Assembly: GCA_001661245.1 (NCBI GenBank)
Contig: KV454011.1
Coordinates: forward strand, 1,558,834-1,622,833
Source of the DNA: Pachysolen tannophilus NRRL Y-2460
Taxonomy: Eukaryota
Length of the DNA stretch: 64,000 bases
Direction: 5' to 3'
The position numbers and the translations under genes are program-made. The notes beneath the pieces were generated by a model, which searched no databases, was not told where the DNA came from, and saw nothing but the letters and a program-made list of their open reading frames with translations. Each line of letters opens with the position of its first letter. Position 1 is the stretch's first letter. Positions 24,414 through 35,466 of this stretch are shown in pieces.

Positions 24414-25748
24414 CTAAAAAGTTTCAACCACAACTGTATTTTCCGTTCTTGAAGAATTCGTACCCATAAGTGGATTCAACGATTCATCTTGTTTATTGTT
24501 ATTATTAGAGTTATTATTGTTATCATTTATCAGTATGTCCTGTAAAGACTCAATCTCTTGATAATTTGAACTGTCATTGGCAACACCTCCTTGTAAAAAT
24601 TTAGTTGGATTCAGCAAATCATTTTCAATTATTGAATTATAAATTGCTATTCTTTTCTTAATTTTTTTTAATTGAAATTTAATTGGTAAAAACGGTATAT
24701 AACCATGTTTTTCCAGATATAATTTTGTCTTTAATACAATTATTACAAAAAGCCAATACAGGTTATAACTTATTACCGAACCATATGTTGCTGAATTGGT
24801 CCAACCTAAGAGTGCATTAAATAACATCCATCCACCATCAGTTAACCCATTACAACAATTGACATGCCAAATCGAATTCACAATATCATAAGATCCTGGT
24901 CCTGATCCAACTTCTGACATATCTTGACCATTACATCTTCTAACATATTGCTCCAACTCTAAAAACCAAACACCTCTTGACATCAATCCTGCAGAAACCA
25001 AATATAAAAAACAACTTGAAAGTATTAAAAAATATTTTAATGACAATTTCATGCTACCTCTATACAAGGAAACTCCAATAATTGCACCTATAGAGCCACC
25101 GGCTATTACTGCTAATGGAACAGAAGACAGAGGTGCACTGGCACCTATACCACCCACAAATACAACAGCTTCTAAACCTTCTCTTAAAGTTGTAACAAAT
25201 GGTAATAAACCTAAAGCATATTTTCTAGTAAATTTCTTAAAATATATTGTAATTTTTTTAAGTAAAGATAATTTATGTTGTTCAATAACTAAACCTCCTG
25301 CTCTTACTTCATCATTATCGCTTTCAACATTTGAATCTAAAGATTTTTGTAATTTATATTTCCACTTGATTTGCAACTGATTTATTCTCAATAATGCTAA
25401 ACCCATAACACTTATTAATAAAGAACTTAAAACACTAAATATTCCTTCCCATAATCTCTCTGTTAATGACCACAAATCATTTCCTATAAAATAAAAAACC
25501 AACACGAAAAAACCTCCCAAGAAAAGACATATCGATAAACCAAAAAGACTTCCAAGCCAAACTTGTAATCGTAAATTTCTATAAGTCCTATCAGGAATAG
25601 TTAATTCTACTTTGCCTGTTATCGGATCATGAATAGTGTAGTTCTGTTTTAAAAACGACAATAATACCGATATTATTATCGACGATTCAAGTGTCTCTCT
25701 TAATATTATGAAAAATATTTGAACCGAAAAATAATCCCCAAACACCAT
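24414..25748 (-). CDS. FTH1: FTR1-family iron permease, vacuolar Fth1 type
   Basis: Two RExxE motifs (RETLE, REGLE), 'GQDMSEVGSGPGSYD', 'WHVNCCNG', 'LGWTNSATYGS'. Confidence 0.85.
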   Translation of the reverse strand: MVFGDYFSVQIFFIILRETLESSIIISVLLSFLKQNYTIHDPITGKVELTIPDRTYRNLRLQVWLGSLFGLSICLFLGGFFVLVFYFIGNDLWSLTERLWEGIFSVLSSLLISVMGLALLRINQLQIKWKYKLQKSLDSNVESDNDEVRAGGLVIEQHKLSLLKKITIYFKKFTRKYALGLLPFVTTLREGLEAVVFVGGIGASAPLSSVPLAVIAGGSIGAIIGVSLYRGSMKLSLKYFLILSSCFLYLVSAGLMSRGVWFLELEQYVRRCNGQDMSEVGSGPGSYDIVNSIWHVNCCNGLTDGGWMLFNALLGWTNSATYGSVISYNLYWLFVIIVLKTKLYLEKHGYIPFLPIKFQLKKIKKRIAIYNSIIENDLLNPTKFLQGGVANDSSNYQEIESLQDILINDNNNNSNNNNKQDESLNPLMGTNSSRTENTVVVETF

Positions 25749-25916
25749 CTCTCCACCGATCTTTTATCTTCAACTGAAAATATTCTAACTTTACCTATTG
25801 TAAATAGCAACTATCAATATTTCAAGCAACGATTTATTTTATCAACTAGTGCAAGACATCAATTTTTTCCAATGAGTTTCTTTATGTATGTTTTCAAAGT
25901 TTTTTCTTTTACCGAA

Positions 25917-25960
25917 AAAGTGACGCAAAAAGTGACACGCAAAGTGACACGCAAAGTGAC
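25917..25960. repeat. Four copies of AAAGTGAC at 12-bp period upstream of FTH1
   Basis: AAAGTGACGCAA AAAGTGACACGC AAAGTGACACGC AAAGTGAC. Confidence 0.8.
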
Positions 25961-26234
25961 TTTGAAATGGCGTGTCGCTGATTTTGGACTATAGCAGCTT
26001 TAACCATTATCTACGAAAAGAATTGAGTTTAAATATTCAGGTCATTGACCATAATTAAAACATATAGACAGTTCATGGTCTCAAAAACAAAATAAAACTT
26101 TATAATATTACATATAACAACTAAAACTAACTCGTAAGAAAATAACAAAATAAGAATTTAAAAATAAAAACTGTTTTTTTTTTTTTTTTTTTTTTTTTTT
26201 TTCTTTCTTCTTCTTTACTTTCAGTGTACATCGA

Positions 26235-29200
26235 TTATTGATTTTTTGGTTTCTTCTCCTGTGAGCCATGAGTGCTTTCTTCGGCCGCTCTCTTGATCCG
26301 CTGATCATTATTATTATCGGTAGTCTGACCAGATGTTTCATTTTCAGAAGTGGCAGCAACATCTTTTGAAGTTTGTTGAGGTCTCATAACTTGAGGACGT
26401 TTCAACTTACTTCCTTGATAGGGTACTTTTGAAGATACGGGCTTTGAGGGCATCCCAGCTGGCATAGATTGCTTATTAGAATTTGGGTTTGATCCTGATG
26501 CAGGGGGAGTATTCCCCTTTTCAGTTGAGGAGGAAGCGTTTTCGTATTTTGCAAGTTGTTCTTTGACTTTTTCCAATTGACGCTGTGTTATTCTATGTCT
26601 CATTTCATTTTCCTTTATAGCCAAGTTTCTACCATCTTCTTTTGCCTTTCTGATTGCTTCTTCATTTTCCTTTTTCAATCTTTCAATCTCCGTTGTCAAT
26701 TCTTCGAGTTTCTTGGAATCGATCAGATTTTCATTTCCATTTCTTTTTTTCAATTCTTCATTAATACGAGCTTGGATATTCTCCTCACATTTTGCCTTCA
26801 AAATATCTTCTTTTCTTTTAATTTCTTCTTCTGCTTCCTTTTTAAATTTCTCAAAACGTTTATTAGCAATTGCATTAATTTTATCCTCATGAGGTTCACG
26901 AATTCTTTTCTTTAATTCATCACATGCCTGTTTAACTTTTTCATCCGTGATCTTGTTCTGTTCTACTTTCCATTCCTCTTTTAATTTTTCAACATCAACA
27001 CCACCAGTACTTGAAGTTTGTTGATCCTTTTCTTTAGCAGCAAATTCCTTACGTAACTTGGCCTCAAGTTCCTTTTTAACATCAACTTTAATTCTAAACT
27101 TTTCTTTTTCAAATTCAACATTTTTTTGCTTAATGAGTTCTGATTTCTCTTTTTCAAATTCAGCTTTTAATGTTGCAAGATCGGATGACAGAGTAGATAC
27201 TCCAGAAGATTTATCATGCGATGCTTCTTTTAAAGAAGTAATTTCCTTCTCTAAAACAACAACCCGTTCTTGAAATTCATCTCTAGATTTAGAAAGCTGA
27301 GAAATCTTTTCTGATGATTCTTGCTCAACTTTTTGTAAAGATGAACGAGCTTCTTCCAAATCTTTACTGATTACATCTAAGTTAGATCCTGATTCACCAG
27401 CTGCAATTGATTTTGAAGAGCTCTCTACTAATAATGAGGTATCAGATAATTTCTTCTTCAATTCTTCAATTTCTGTGGCTGAAGATTCAACCAAATCCTG
27501 ATATTTTTTCTTTTCATCATCCAAATCTTTTTTAGTAGCTTCAATGATTCCACGGAATTTAGTTAATCTAGCATTAGCTTGTTGGGTTATATCTTTCTTC
27601 TCTTGTTGCGACTTAGCTTCGGCATCCGTTAACTGTTTTTTCAAATCTTCAACTTCATTGATCTTTGGTTCTAACTCTTCAAATTTCTTTTTCAATGATT
27701 CGTATTCTTCAGGATCAACACGATTATAGTTCTGTAAAATATCCTGGTTCCTCTTTTTCCAGTGATCAATTTCTGTGATGTTCAAATTAATCTGTTTATC
27801 CTTTACTTCAAGCTCAGCTTTTAATTCAATAACTTGCACTTCTAATGGCTCGACTTTATTCTTGGTCAACTCTAATTCCTTCTCCAAAACTTTAATTTTC
27901 TCTAGATATTGGTGCGATTCTTGACGCAAAGTATTATTACTTTCTCTTAAGATATCTAACTGATCAATTTTCTCTTTCAAGCTCTTATACTCTTCTGCTA
28001 TAGAGGACGATTTCGATTCACGAACCTGTAATTTCATTAACTCCGATTTAAGTTCATCTAATTCTTGATTAACTATTTTCAAGTTTTGACGAAGTCTCTT
28101 TTGCTCTTGAACTGAAACTTCTAATTGTGCATCTGATATTTCCTTTTCATTACGTAAAAATGAAATAACTTCCATGAGCTCTTCTCTTGAACCTGAGATA
28201 TCCACGTCTGGCAGAGACATATCACCTTCATTTGCTTCCCTTTGTTGCTTAGCTAACGCCTCTAGTTGGTTAAGAACCATACGGTTTTGAAGAGCAAGAT
28301 CTTCGCTGTGAGATTTAGCAATTCTTAACTCCTCTTCTAAAGTAGCTCTTCTGTTTTCCCAGCTTTGTTCTGCCAATTCCAAAGCTTTTTTCGAGTCTCT
28401 GGCTTCAATGGTTAATTCCTGTATTGTGACATTTAGAGAATTTTGCTCTTCCCTTAAAATACTATTGGTCTTATATATTTCCGCATGCTTTTGTAACTCT
28501 GCTTCATAATTCTTTTGAGTAGTATCAGTTAACTTGACCTGTTCTTTTAGATCTTCTTGAATCAGAGATATTTTTGTTTCATATTCTTCTCTCACTTTAT
28601 CCGTATCAGCAGCTCTAACTTTTAATATCGAGATTTCACTATTCAATTCCTCAATGGTTTGTGAGCTTTCTCTTTTGATAGTATCAATTTCGTCATTCAA
28701 ATGACTAATCTTGTCATTTAATTCATCAATTTGAACCACTAACTTCTTATTTTCCTCAACAGACTCATTGAATTTACCTTCGATAGATGTTTTATATGCA
28801 TCATATGAAGATGTTAAATCATTGATCTGTTTCTCAGCCGCAGCTGCAATGGCCTTGAATTGCTCTACACTTTCATTTGCACTTTGCAAATCACTGACAG
28901 TATTTTCTAACTGTAATCGAGTATCTTCCAATTCTCTTTGTAGCTTATCTTCAACTGTCTGTCCCTCTAAGGAAGATTCGGATGAGTATTCATAAACTTT
29001 CATTTGTTGTTTGACTTGCAATTGCTTATTTAAAGATTCTATGTTTGCCTGCAAATGATCAACGGTGGTTCTTTTACTAGCTAAATCCTCTCTGGTTTCT
29101 GCTAATTCCTTCCTCAAAGCATCCATTCTTTCCTGATATGCCTTCGAATCAGAATCTTTTCTCAATAAAGTTGCCCTCAATTCCTGGGTATTTTCTTCCA

Positions 29201-31958
29201 ATTTGAGTTTTAATGTTGATAATTCATCTTCTAGAGATTGTATAGTTTTGTTCAATCTAGCAGTAGAATCATTAAAATTCTTGTTACGTTCGTTTTCCAA
29301 TCTCTGTAAGTCAGTAATCAACGACTGTAAACGTGATTTCTCGCTCATCAAAGAAGAATTCTCTTCGGTTAGCCTTTTCTCAACCGCTTTCCATAGCGAT
29401 CTCTCAGCTTTCAAGTTAGAATTTTCTAAACCAATGCTCTCAACAATTGATTTGGTTTGTAACAATTCTTCGGTTATCTGTCGATTCTTCAAATCATGTC
29501 TAGTCAAATTATCTTGTAATATAGAAGCCCTTTTTCTTAACTCCTCGTTTTCAGACTTACAATATTTCAAATTTTCCTGTAAAGACTTTAGACGTTCGTC
29601 TAAGAAATCTGAGCTGGACTTGGTTTTTGCTAATTGGATTGAGAGATCTGATTTAGTTGCCGTCAACTCGCTGATCTGTCTATTCAAAGTAGTTATAGTA
29701 TCATGTGTTTCATTTTTGAAAGCTTTGAATTCTTCTTCCTTTTCCTTCAATATTGTTTTGGTTTTCTCATGTTTCAGTAATAGCATATCAAATTCAGGTA
29801 TTGGTGAAGAACAATCAATACCGTTAACATTATCGTTTCTACTACCTGCAATTGATCTAAACATATCACGTTCTCTTGTTACGGAGCTCAATTTAGATTC
29901 AACTGATTTAATCTCTTCTTGTAAAGTTACAATAGCTTCTTTAGCTTCAGCAATGGCAACGCTCTCCAAGTTATTCAACTTTTCTTGGTTTGTTTTCTCT
30001 TGCACTTCTAATTTAGTACCTAATTGCCTTGTAATCTTTAATAACTCCTCATTTTTGGTTGTCAAATCGACAATATCATTAAATTTTACTAGTCTTCCGG
30101 ATATCAATCTATCAGTATCAGACTGATCCAAATCATCCATAGTTAATTTATTGTCCACCATCTTATTGATCTTTTCCTTTTCTTCCTTAGTCAAATTTTG
30201 TTCATTGTTTGTTTTCAACATTAATCGAATCGTTAAATTAGCAACTTGTTTTGATAAGTCAATTTTCTCTTTACGTAATACGTTCAATTCAAATTCATAT
30301 TCATTCATTTTAGTGGTCCAAACTTTGTTTTCATTCAACAAATCGTCTTTTTCTCTAGAAACCTTTTCCAATAATATGGAAAGTTCGCTTAATTCAACTT
30401 CTAAAGTGGAACATCTTTCTCTCGTTGCTTCAATAGCAGGAACTTTATTGTTTAACTCTTCGACAAATTGTTTTACTTGTTTTTCCAAATTTTCTTTCAA
30501 TCTTTTTTCTTTTAGTAATTGTTTTTTCATTAATTGAAAATCAGAATATAATTGGCTTAAAGAGATTCCACCTCCTAAATTCTTCAAAGTTTGCTGAGCA
30601 TTAGCACTTAAATGTATATTAGTTTTCTTTTCTTCTTTCACTCCTTTAGGTGTAATCGGAGTTTTCTCTTTATCATTTGTTGGTTTATATAATGATTCGT
30701 CATCTCCGTTAGCTAAGGCTTCAATCGTTTCTTCAAATTGACGAGCTCTTGATTCTGCAATTTGAGCTCTTCTTTGAACATTTTCCAATTCTATCTTCAG
30801 ATCAGCAGCATCTTTAGCAACTTCAGATCTCATTGAGTCTATTGAATCTTCCAAATATTTAATTCTGTCTTTTCTCTCATCGTTCGATTTGGTTAATATA
30901 GATATCAAACTATCCTTTGAAGACATTTCCTTGGCAAAATCTTCTTTTTGATAAGCCATTTTATCATTTAATTCTTTGATTTGGAACAATGAATTATCTA
31001 GCTTCTTGGAGGTATTGTTGAAGTTTTCTAATAAATTATTATATTTGAAATTAATTGAGTTCAATTCTGATTTACAAGTATCAAGCTCTGACTGTAATGT
31101 TGATAATTCTTCATTTTTAGAAGTTTTAAAAAGTTTAATTTCTTCTATTTTTTTACTCAATTGTTCTTCATACCATGATAAATTTTTCTTTAAAATCTCC
31201 AACTCTTGATTTATTGAGCTTTTATCGAATTTCAACTTTATACATTCACTAGAAACTTGTTGATTTTTTGACTCTAATTCCATTAATTGAGCTCTTAGTT
31301 CTCTATTATTATTACTTAAATTATCCAAATCAGTTGTAAGATTAGTTATTTGTTCTTCTTTTTTCCTAATTCTTTCAAAAGCTTGAATTTTTTCTTTATT
31401 TGCAGCAGCTAATAAACGATTACTTTCTTCAACTTTCTTGGAATCTCCAATCTTCTCCACTTCTAAAGTAGAAACTTTCTGCTCTAATTCAACTCTCTTT
31501 GATTCGGAATTTATAGATTTTTCACGTAAAGATGCATTTTCATCAGTCAAAGTAGTTACTTTTTTTTTCAATAATTCTATTTTCTTATTACTAATATGAG
31601 TCAATTGCTCCAAGTTTATCTCTAAAACAGTCTTATCTGATTTCAACACTTGAAACTCATTTATCTTAAAATTTATTTTTACCAACAAATTTTTATCGAC
31701 AGATTCCAATAAAGATTTATCAGCGTTTAAATTTAAAGCAATATATTCAATATCCAAAGTATCCGAGCTCTGTGAAGCTGAATGCTGTCCACCATGGCTC
31801 GAGGATTCTTCTAGGCTCAAACCTTTAGAAGGCAGTACATCTTGAGTTTCTGTGTTCACCAACGATTGCAGTTCCTGTTGTTGTTGTTGTTGTTGTTGTC
31901 CAGAAGCCTCTTCTGAAAGACTCTCTTGATTTGACTTTTGATTATTCACGTCACTCAT
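26235..31958 (-). CDS. MLP1: Nuclear-basket coiled-coil protein (Mlp1/Tpr family)
   Basis: 1907 aa coiled coil with Tpr-type motifs 'LSQLYSDF', 'RERDMFR', 'NYEAELQKHA', 'FLRNEKEI', 'LRESNNTLR'. Confidence 0.85.
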   Translation of the reverse strand: MSDVNNQKSNQESLSEEASGQQQQQQQQELQSLVNTETQDVLPSKGLSLEESSSHGGQHSASQSSDTLDIEYIALNLNADKSLLESVDKNLLVKINFKINEFQVLKSDKTVLEINLEQLTHISNKKIELLKKKVTTLTDENASLREKSINSESKRVELEQKVSTLEVEKIGDSKKVEESNRLLAAANKEKIQAFERIRKKEEQITNLTTDLDNLSNNNRELRAQLMELESKNQQVSSECIKLKFDKSSINQELEILKKNLSWYEEQLSKKIEEIKLFKTSKNEELSTLQSELDTCKSELNSINFKYNNLLENFNNTSKKLDNSLFQIKELNDKMAYQKEDFAKEMSSKDSLISILTKSNDERKDRIKYLEDSIDSMRSEVAKDAADLKIELENVQRRAQIAESRARQFEETIEALANGDDESLYKPTNDKEKTPITPKGVKEEKKTNIHLSANAQQTLKNLGGGISLSQLYSDFQLMKKQLLKEKRLKENLEKQVKQFVEELNNKVPAIEATRERCSTLEVELSELSILLEKVSREKDDLLNENKVWTTKMNEYEFELNVLRKEKIDLSKQVANLTIRLMLKTNNEQNLTKEEKEKINKMVDNKLTMDDLDQSDTDRLISGRLVKFNDIVDLTTKNEELLKITRQLGTKLEVQEKTNQEKLNNLESVAIAEAKEAIVTLQEEIKSVESKLSSVTRERDMFRSIAGSRNDNVNGIDCSSPIPEFDMLLLKHEKTKTILKEKEEEFKAFKNETHDTITTLNRQISELTATKSDLSIQLAKTKSSSDFLDERLKSLQENLKYCKSENEELRKRASILQDNLTRHDLKNRQITEELLQTKSIVESIGLENSNLKAERSLWKAVEKRLTEENSSLMSEKSRLQSLITDLQRLENERNKNFNDSTARLNKTIQSLEDELSTLKLKLEENTQELRATLLRKDSDSKAYQERMDALRKELAETREDLASKRTTVDHLQANIESLNKQLQVKQQMKVYEYSSESSLEGQTVEDKLQRELEDTRLQLENTVSDLQSANESVEQFKAIAAAAEKQINDLTSSYDAYKTSIEGKFNESVEENKKLVVQIDELNDKISHLNDEIDTIKRESSQTIEELNSEISILKVRAADTDKVREEYETKISLIQEDLKEQVKLTDTTQKNYEAELQKHAEIYKTNSILREEQNSLNVTIQELTIEARDSKKALELAEQSWENRRATLEEELRIAKSHSEDLALQNRMVLNQLEALAKQQREANEGDMSLPDVDISGSREELMEVISFLRNEKEISDAQLEVSVQEQKRLRQNLKIVNQELDELKSELMKLQVRESKSSSIAEEYKSLKEKIDQLDILRESNNTLRQESHQYLEKIKVLEKELELTKNKVEPLEVQVIELKAELEVKDKQINLNITEIDHWKKRNQDILQNYNRVDPEEYESLKKKFEELEPKINEVEDLKKQLTDAEAKSQQEKKDITQQANARLTKFRGIIEATKKDLDDEKKKYQDLVESSATEIEELKKKLSDTSLLVESSSKSIAAGESGSNLDVISKDLEEARSSLQKVEQESSEKISQLSKSRDEFQERVVVLEKEITSLKEASHDKSSGVSTLSSDLATLKAEFEKEKSELIKQKNVEFEKEKFRIKVDVKKELEAKLRKEFAAKEKDQQTSSTGGVDVEKLKEEWKVEQNKITDEKVKQACDELKKRIREPHEDKINAIANKRFEKFKKEAEEEIKRKEDILKAKCEENIQARINEELKKRNGNENLIDSKKLEELTTEIERLKKENEEAIRKAKEDGRNLAIKENEMRHRITQRQLEKVKEQLAKYENASSSTEKGNTPPASGSNPNSNKQSMPAGMPSKPVSSKVPYQGSKLKRPQVMRPQQTSKDVAATSENETSGQTTDNNNDQRIKRAAEESTHGSQEKKPKNQ

Positions 31959-32625
31959 ATTCCAAATACTGAATGGTACTTATACTAGCCAAAAGCCAAA
32001 CTAATAATCAACAGTGGAACCTGAGACTTTAAGTTCTTATTTATGCTTCAAATTAAATATTAAAAAATAAAACAAATAAATGAACAAAATTAAGAAAAAA
32101 AATTTAAATAATTTTTCAACCAATGGCGCTTCCACAAAACAAAACAAAATCAAAATCAAATTTGGTTATTGACAACCTTATCAAGTCGAATTATTCGATT
32201 AAACTCCAAATCGAAATTGCTCGACGAGATACTTTGATTCTGGATTTGAATTATCTATCTTTCTCAATATATATATATATATATAAATATATACAAGGTA
32301 AAATATATTTTTGAATCATCATGAAGCTGGTTTTGAGACAAAACATTTGACACGTGAAAAATCCAGTGGCAGACTCATCGCTGAAGGGCTTCTTCATTCA
32401 AGAGGATTCACCAGGAAGCGTTTACTTACTACGAGCTACAAGATAGATTATCGTTGGACGATCGATGGAGGTGGAATAAATATTGGATCAGATTATATGA
32501 ATAAATAACCAACATAGGGTTTTGGAACACCAATGTTTTGAAATGAAAAAATGAAAAAATAAAAAAAAAAAAAAAAAAAAAACTAATATGATTTTTGGCC
32601 ATATAAAAATTGAATAAAATTATCT

Positions 32626-33765
32626 TTATTCATAAAAGATGAGTTGTTTTGATTTCTTGGAATCGTTAATGGCATTTTTGTAACTTTGTAAGAATTCTTC
32701 ATCTGATGCGGTGTTTAATTGAATAATTTTTTTATCTGTTTCAAAATCTGCAATATCACCTTCTTGTATAAATTTCAAAACTTGATTAATAGTATCTAAT
32801 TTTTGTTGAGGGTTATTATTTGAATTTGCAGTTATCCAGAACCCAACAGCTTTGATGTTTTTAAAAATAAATAATGAGGTTGGTAAATTAACTGGTTTCT
32901 TGGACATACCACCGTATGTTGCTATAACACCATTGGGTGAAAGTTTTCTTGCGATTCCAGTAGAAGAAGAACCTCCAACGCAATTCAATGCCAATTTAAC
33001 TTGTGAACCTTTGGTCCAATCTTTAATTGTCTTACTAAATTCTTTTGAATTATTTTCTTCTTCAGTTATAACTTTTGTAGCACCTAATGAATATAATTTT
33101 TGTTTTAATTCTTCAATTGTAGGTCTATCCCTAACAACGTTAATAGTATTTATACCAAGTTTCTTGGCAATTTGAATAACATCTTTCCCAACTGAAGAAT
33201 TACCACCATTTTGAATCATCCAGTCACCAGGTTTCAAATTAACAATTGTTGTTAGCATTTCATATGCTGTTGAAGTATTAACTGATAAAGTAGCTGCCTG
33301 AGTTTTAGAAATTTTTGTATTTGGAATTTTTACTAATAAATTTTCAGTAGTCTTTGCATGAGACCTCCAAGTACCAAAATTAACATTTTTAGGAATACAC
33401 CAATCATCAATTTTAAATCCAGTTACACTAGAACCAATACCAATAACTTTAAACAATCCTTCATTACCACCAACCGCACTCGGGTCATTAGTCCCCAATT
33501 CCTTAGTTAACTCTGGTCTTGAAGGATAAACCCCTTCGATCTGGTTCAAGTCCGATGGATTGATAGGATGTGCCAATGACTGCAATAAAACTTCATTCTC
33601 AGAAGGATCTGGAATGTTATATTTGTACAATTTAATCATTTCAGAAGGCTCTCCATACTGAGAATAAACAATTGCTCTAGAAGTCACCATAGTACGATTA
33701 AATGACAAATTTTGTTTCAAACAATTCAGCGAATTAGAAAAATTTTTTAAACTTAATCTAAACAT
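32626..33765 (-). CDS. ETR1: Mitochondrial 2-enoyl-thioester (enoyl-ACP) reductase
   Basis: 'HPINPSDLNQIEGVYPSRP', 'GGNEG', 'FGTWRSH', 'LALNCVGG', 'TYGGMS'. Presequence-like N-terminus from ATG 33765. Confidence 0.9.
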   Translation of the reverse strand: MFRLSLKNFSNSLNCLKQNLSFNRTMVTSRAIVYSQYGEPSEMIKLYKYNIPDPSENEVLLQSLAHPINPSDLNQIEGVYPSRPELTKELGTNDPSAVGGNEGLFKVIGIGSSVTGFKIDDWCIPKNVNFGTWRSHAKTTENLLVKIPNTKISKTQAATLSVNTSTAYEMLTTIVNLKPGDWMIQNGGNSSVGKDVIQIAKKLGINTINVVRDRPTIEELKQKLYSLGATKVITEEENNSKEFSKTIKDWTKGSQVKLALNCVGGSSSTGIARKLSPNGVIATYGGMSKKPVNLPTSLFIFKNIKAVGFWITANSNNNPQQKLDTINQVLKFIQEGDIADFETDKKIIQLNTASDEEFLQSYKNAINDSKKSKQLIFYE

Positions 33766-35466
33766 ATTCCACCTTTTTAGCTCTTTCAATGCTTCAATAT
33801 ATATATATATACTAATATTAATATTAATAATTAAATATATATTAATATTAATATTAATATTAATATAATTACTATAGTAAAATTAAAAATCTAAAAAGAG
33901 TAATTACTTCGGACGAAATTGTGGAGCACAGATCAAAATGACTAAAAATTGATGAATACTACTTGAATTATATGCCCAGATCCAAAAGGATGGACATTAA
34001 TAAGAACAAGTATTTGTGTTTATTAATATCAGTTATAACTTGGTAATGATAATACTCATCCTTACAAAAACTATTTTTGTATATATATATATATATATTA
34101 GTATTATTAGTACTATTACTATTAATTCTGTCCCATCGGTAATCGTAACTTACTTGCAGACTACAAGAATTGTGTTTCAAATAATGATGGTCTTAGATCC
34201 ATTCATACTTTTTTTTTTTTTTAGTTATCTTTGATTTAATCAATTCTACAAGTTGTCTCCCCGATAAAGTGCGATGCGATGCGGTGCGGTGTGATACGAA
34301 CTGACTCTTATCTATGAGTTTTGAATTATTTAAAAAATTTTTTGATTTTCACCTGTTTCCATTTAATTAAAATCTTTGAAATCTATTTCTACCTATCTCT
34401 GTTTCTTTACATTGTAGCTATATGGATACCGTTATATAGGCTCGGCAACAGCCGGTTTCAAGAAAATTTTATTCTATTCTTCAATTCACAATTATTTCAA
34501 TTAGTTAAGTCACTACATACAAAATGTACATATGATACGTATGTACATACGTACGGTTACGGTACGTAGGGTGTATAGTATAGTCGATTAGTTTATTTTC
34601 ATGCTGAGTTCGTTCTAGGAAAAATAACTAGATTTAGCTAGGTTAAGTAGTGAGTATGAGTATCTTGAGGTTCTAATGGATGTTTTATCCATACTTGGTT
34701 CGCTTACTACATTTCCACCGATCATCGAATATTTTTTCATTCTTTCATTCTTTCATCCTTTTCTTTTTAATCTACAATTTGATTATTACTATTACTTAAC
34801 TTTTCCCAAAAAAAAAAAGGTTCCGAGGTTATCTCTTTTACCTTCAAAGTTTAAAATTAATGATGCCTTCACTAACCCCCTTTTCCCACCCACTTCAACT
34901 TTAAAAAAAAAAAAAAAAAAGTTAATTGAAAAATAAAGTATTACTTCTGAATATGGTTCTGGTCTTGGTACTATATATCTGTTACGCTTCATGTAATAAT
35001 GTATTTTTCCGCTTTTACAATTTTGCACCTTCCCAACTTTGAACCTTCGCCCCTTTCTTTCTCTTGAATCAATAAGCTTTTATCTATAAAGTTTGAACAT
35101 ACTCGTAAGTACCCCAGTCCCATCTTTATAAAGATTCCCGATTTTGGTTCATGTGTAAGCGTATGTGTGTATGTGTGTGTTTGTTTGTTTTTGTTTTATT
35201 TTTTTTCAGAACAGTCAGCAAGTAAATGCATTTGGTTGACTTATAACTGCAAAATACAAGCCTTGAATTGACAGGGGTTGAAAAGAGTTTAAGAACTGTG
35301 TGTATCCCCAAACTACAAGTAATGATATATATATATAACTATTGGTATTAAAGAAAATATTCTCTTTTTTTTAACCATTAATGAAAGCATATCAGATGCT
35401 AATTATTATTTTATATATATATATGTATATGTATATATAGCGAGTATTATATAACGTAAGCAAGTT

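Noticed and set aside
26556..31209. Long plus-strand ORFs (up to 307 aa) antisense to MLP1
   Set aside because: Shadow ORFs of a Glu/Lys-rich coiled-coil gene; Ser/Phe/Leu-rich with no recognisable domain.
32311..32508. 65-aa ORF or possible snoRNA between MLP1 and ETR1
   Set aside because: TTG start, no recognisable homology and no paired C/D boxes; only a Cbf1-like CACGTGA is notable.
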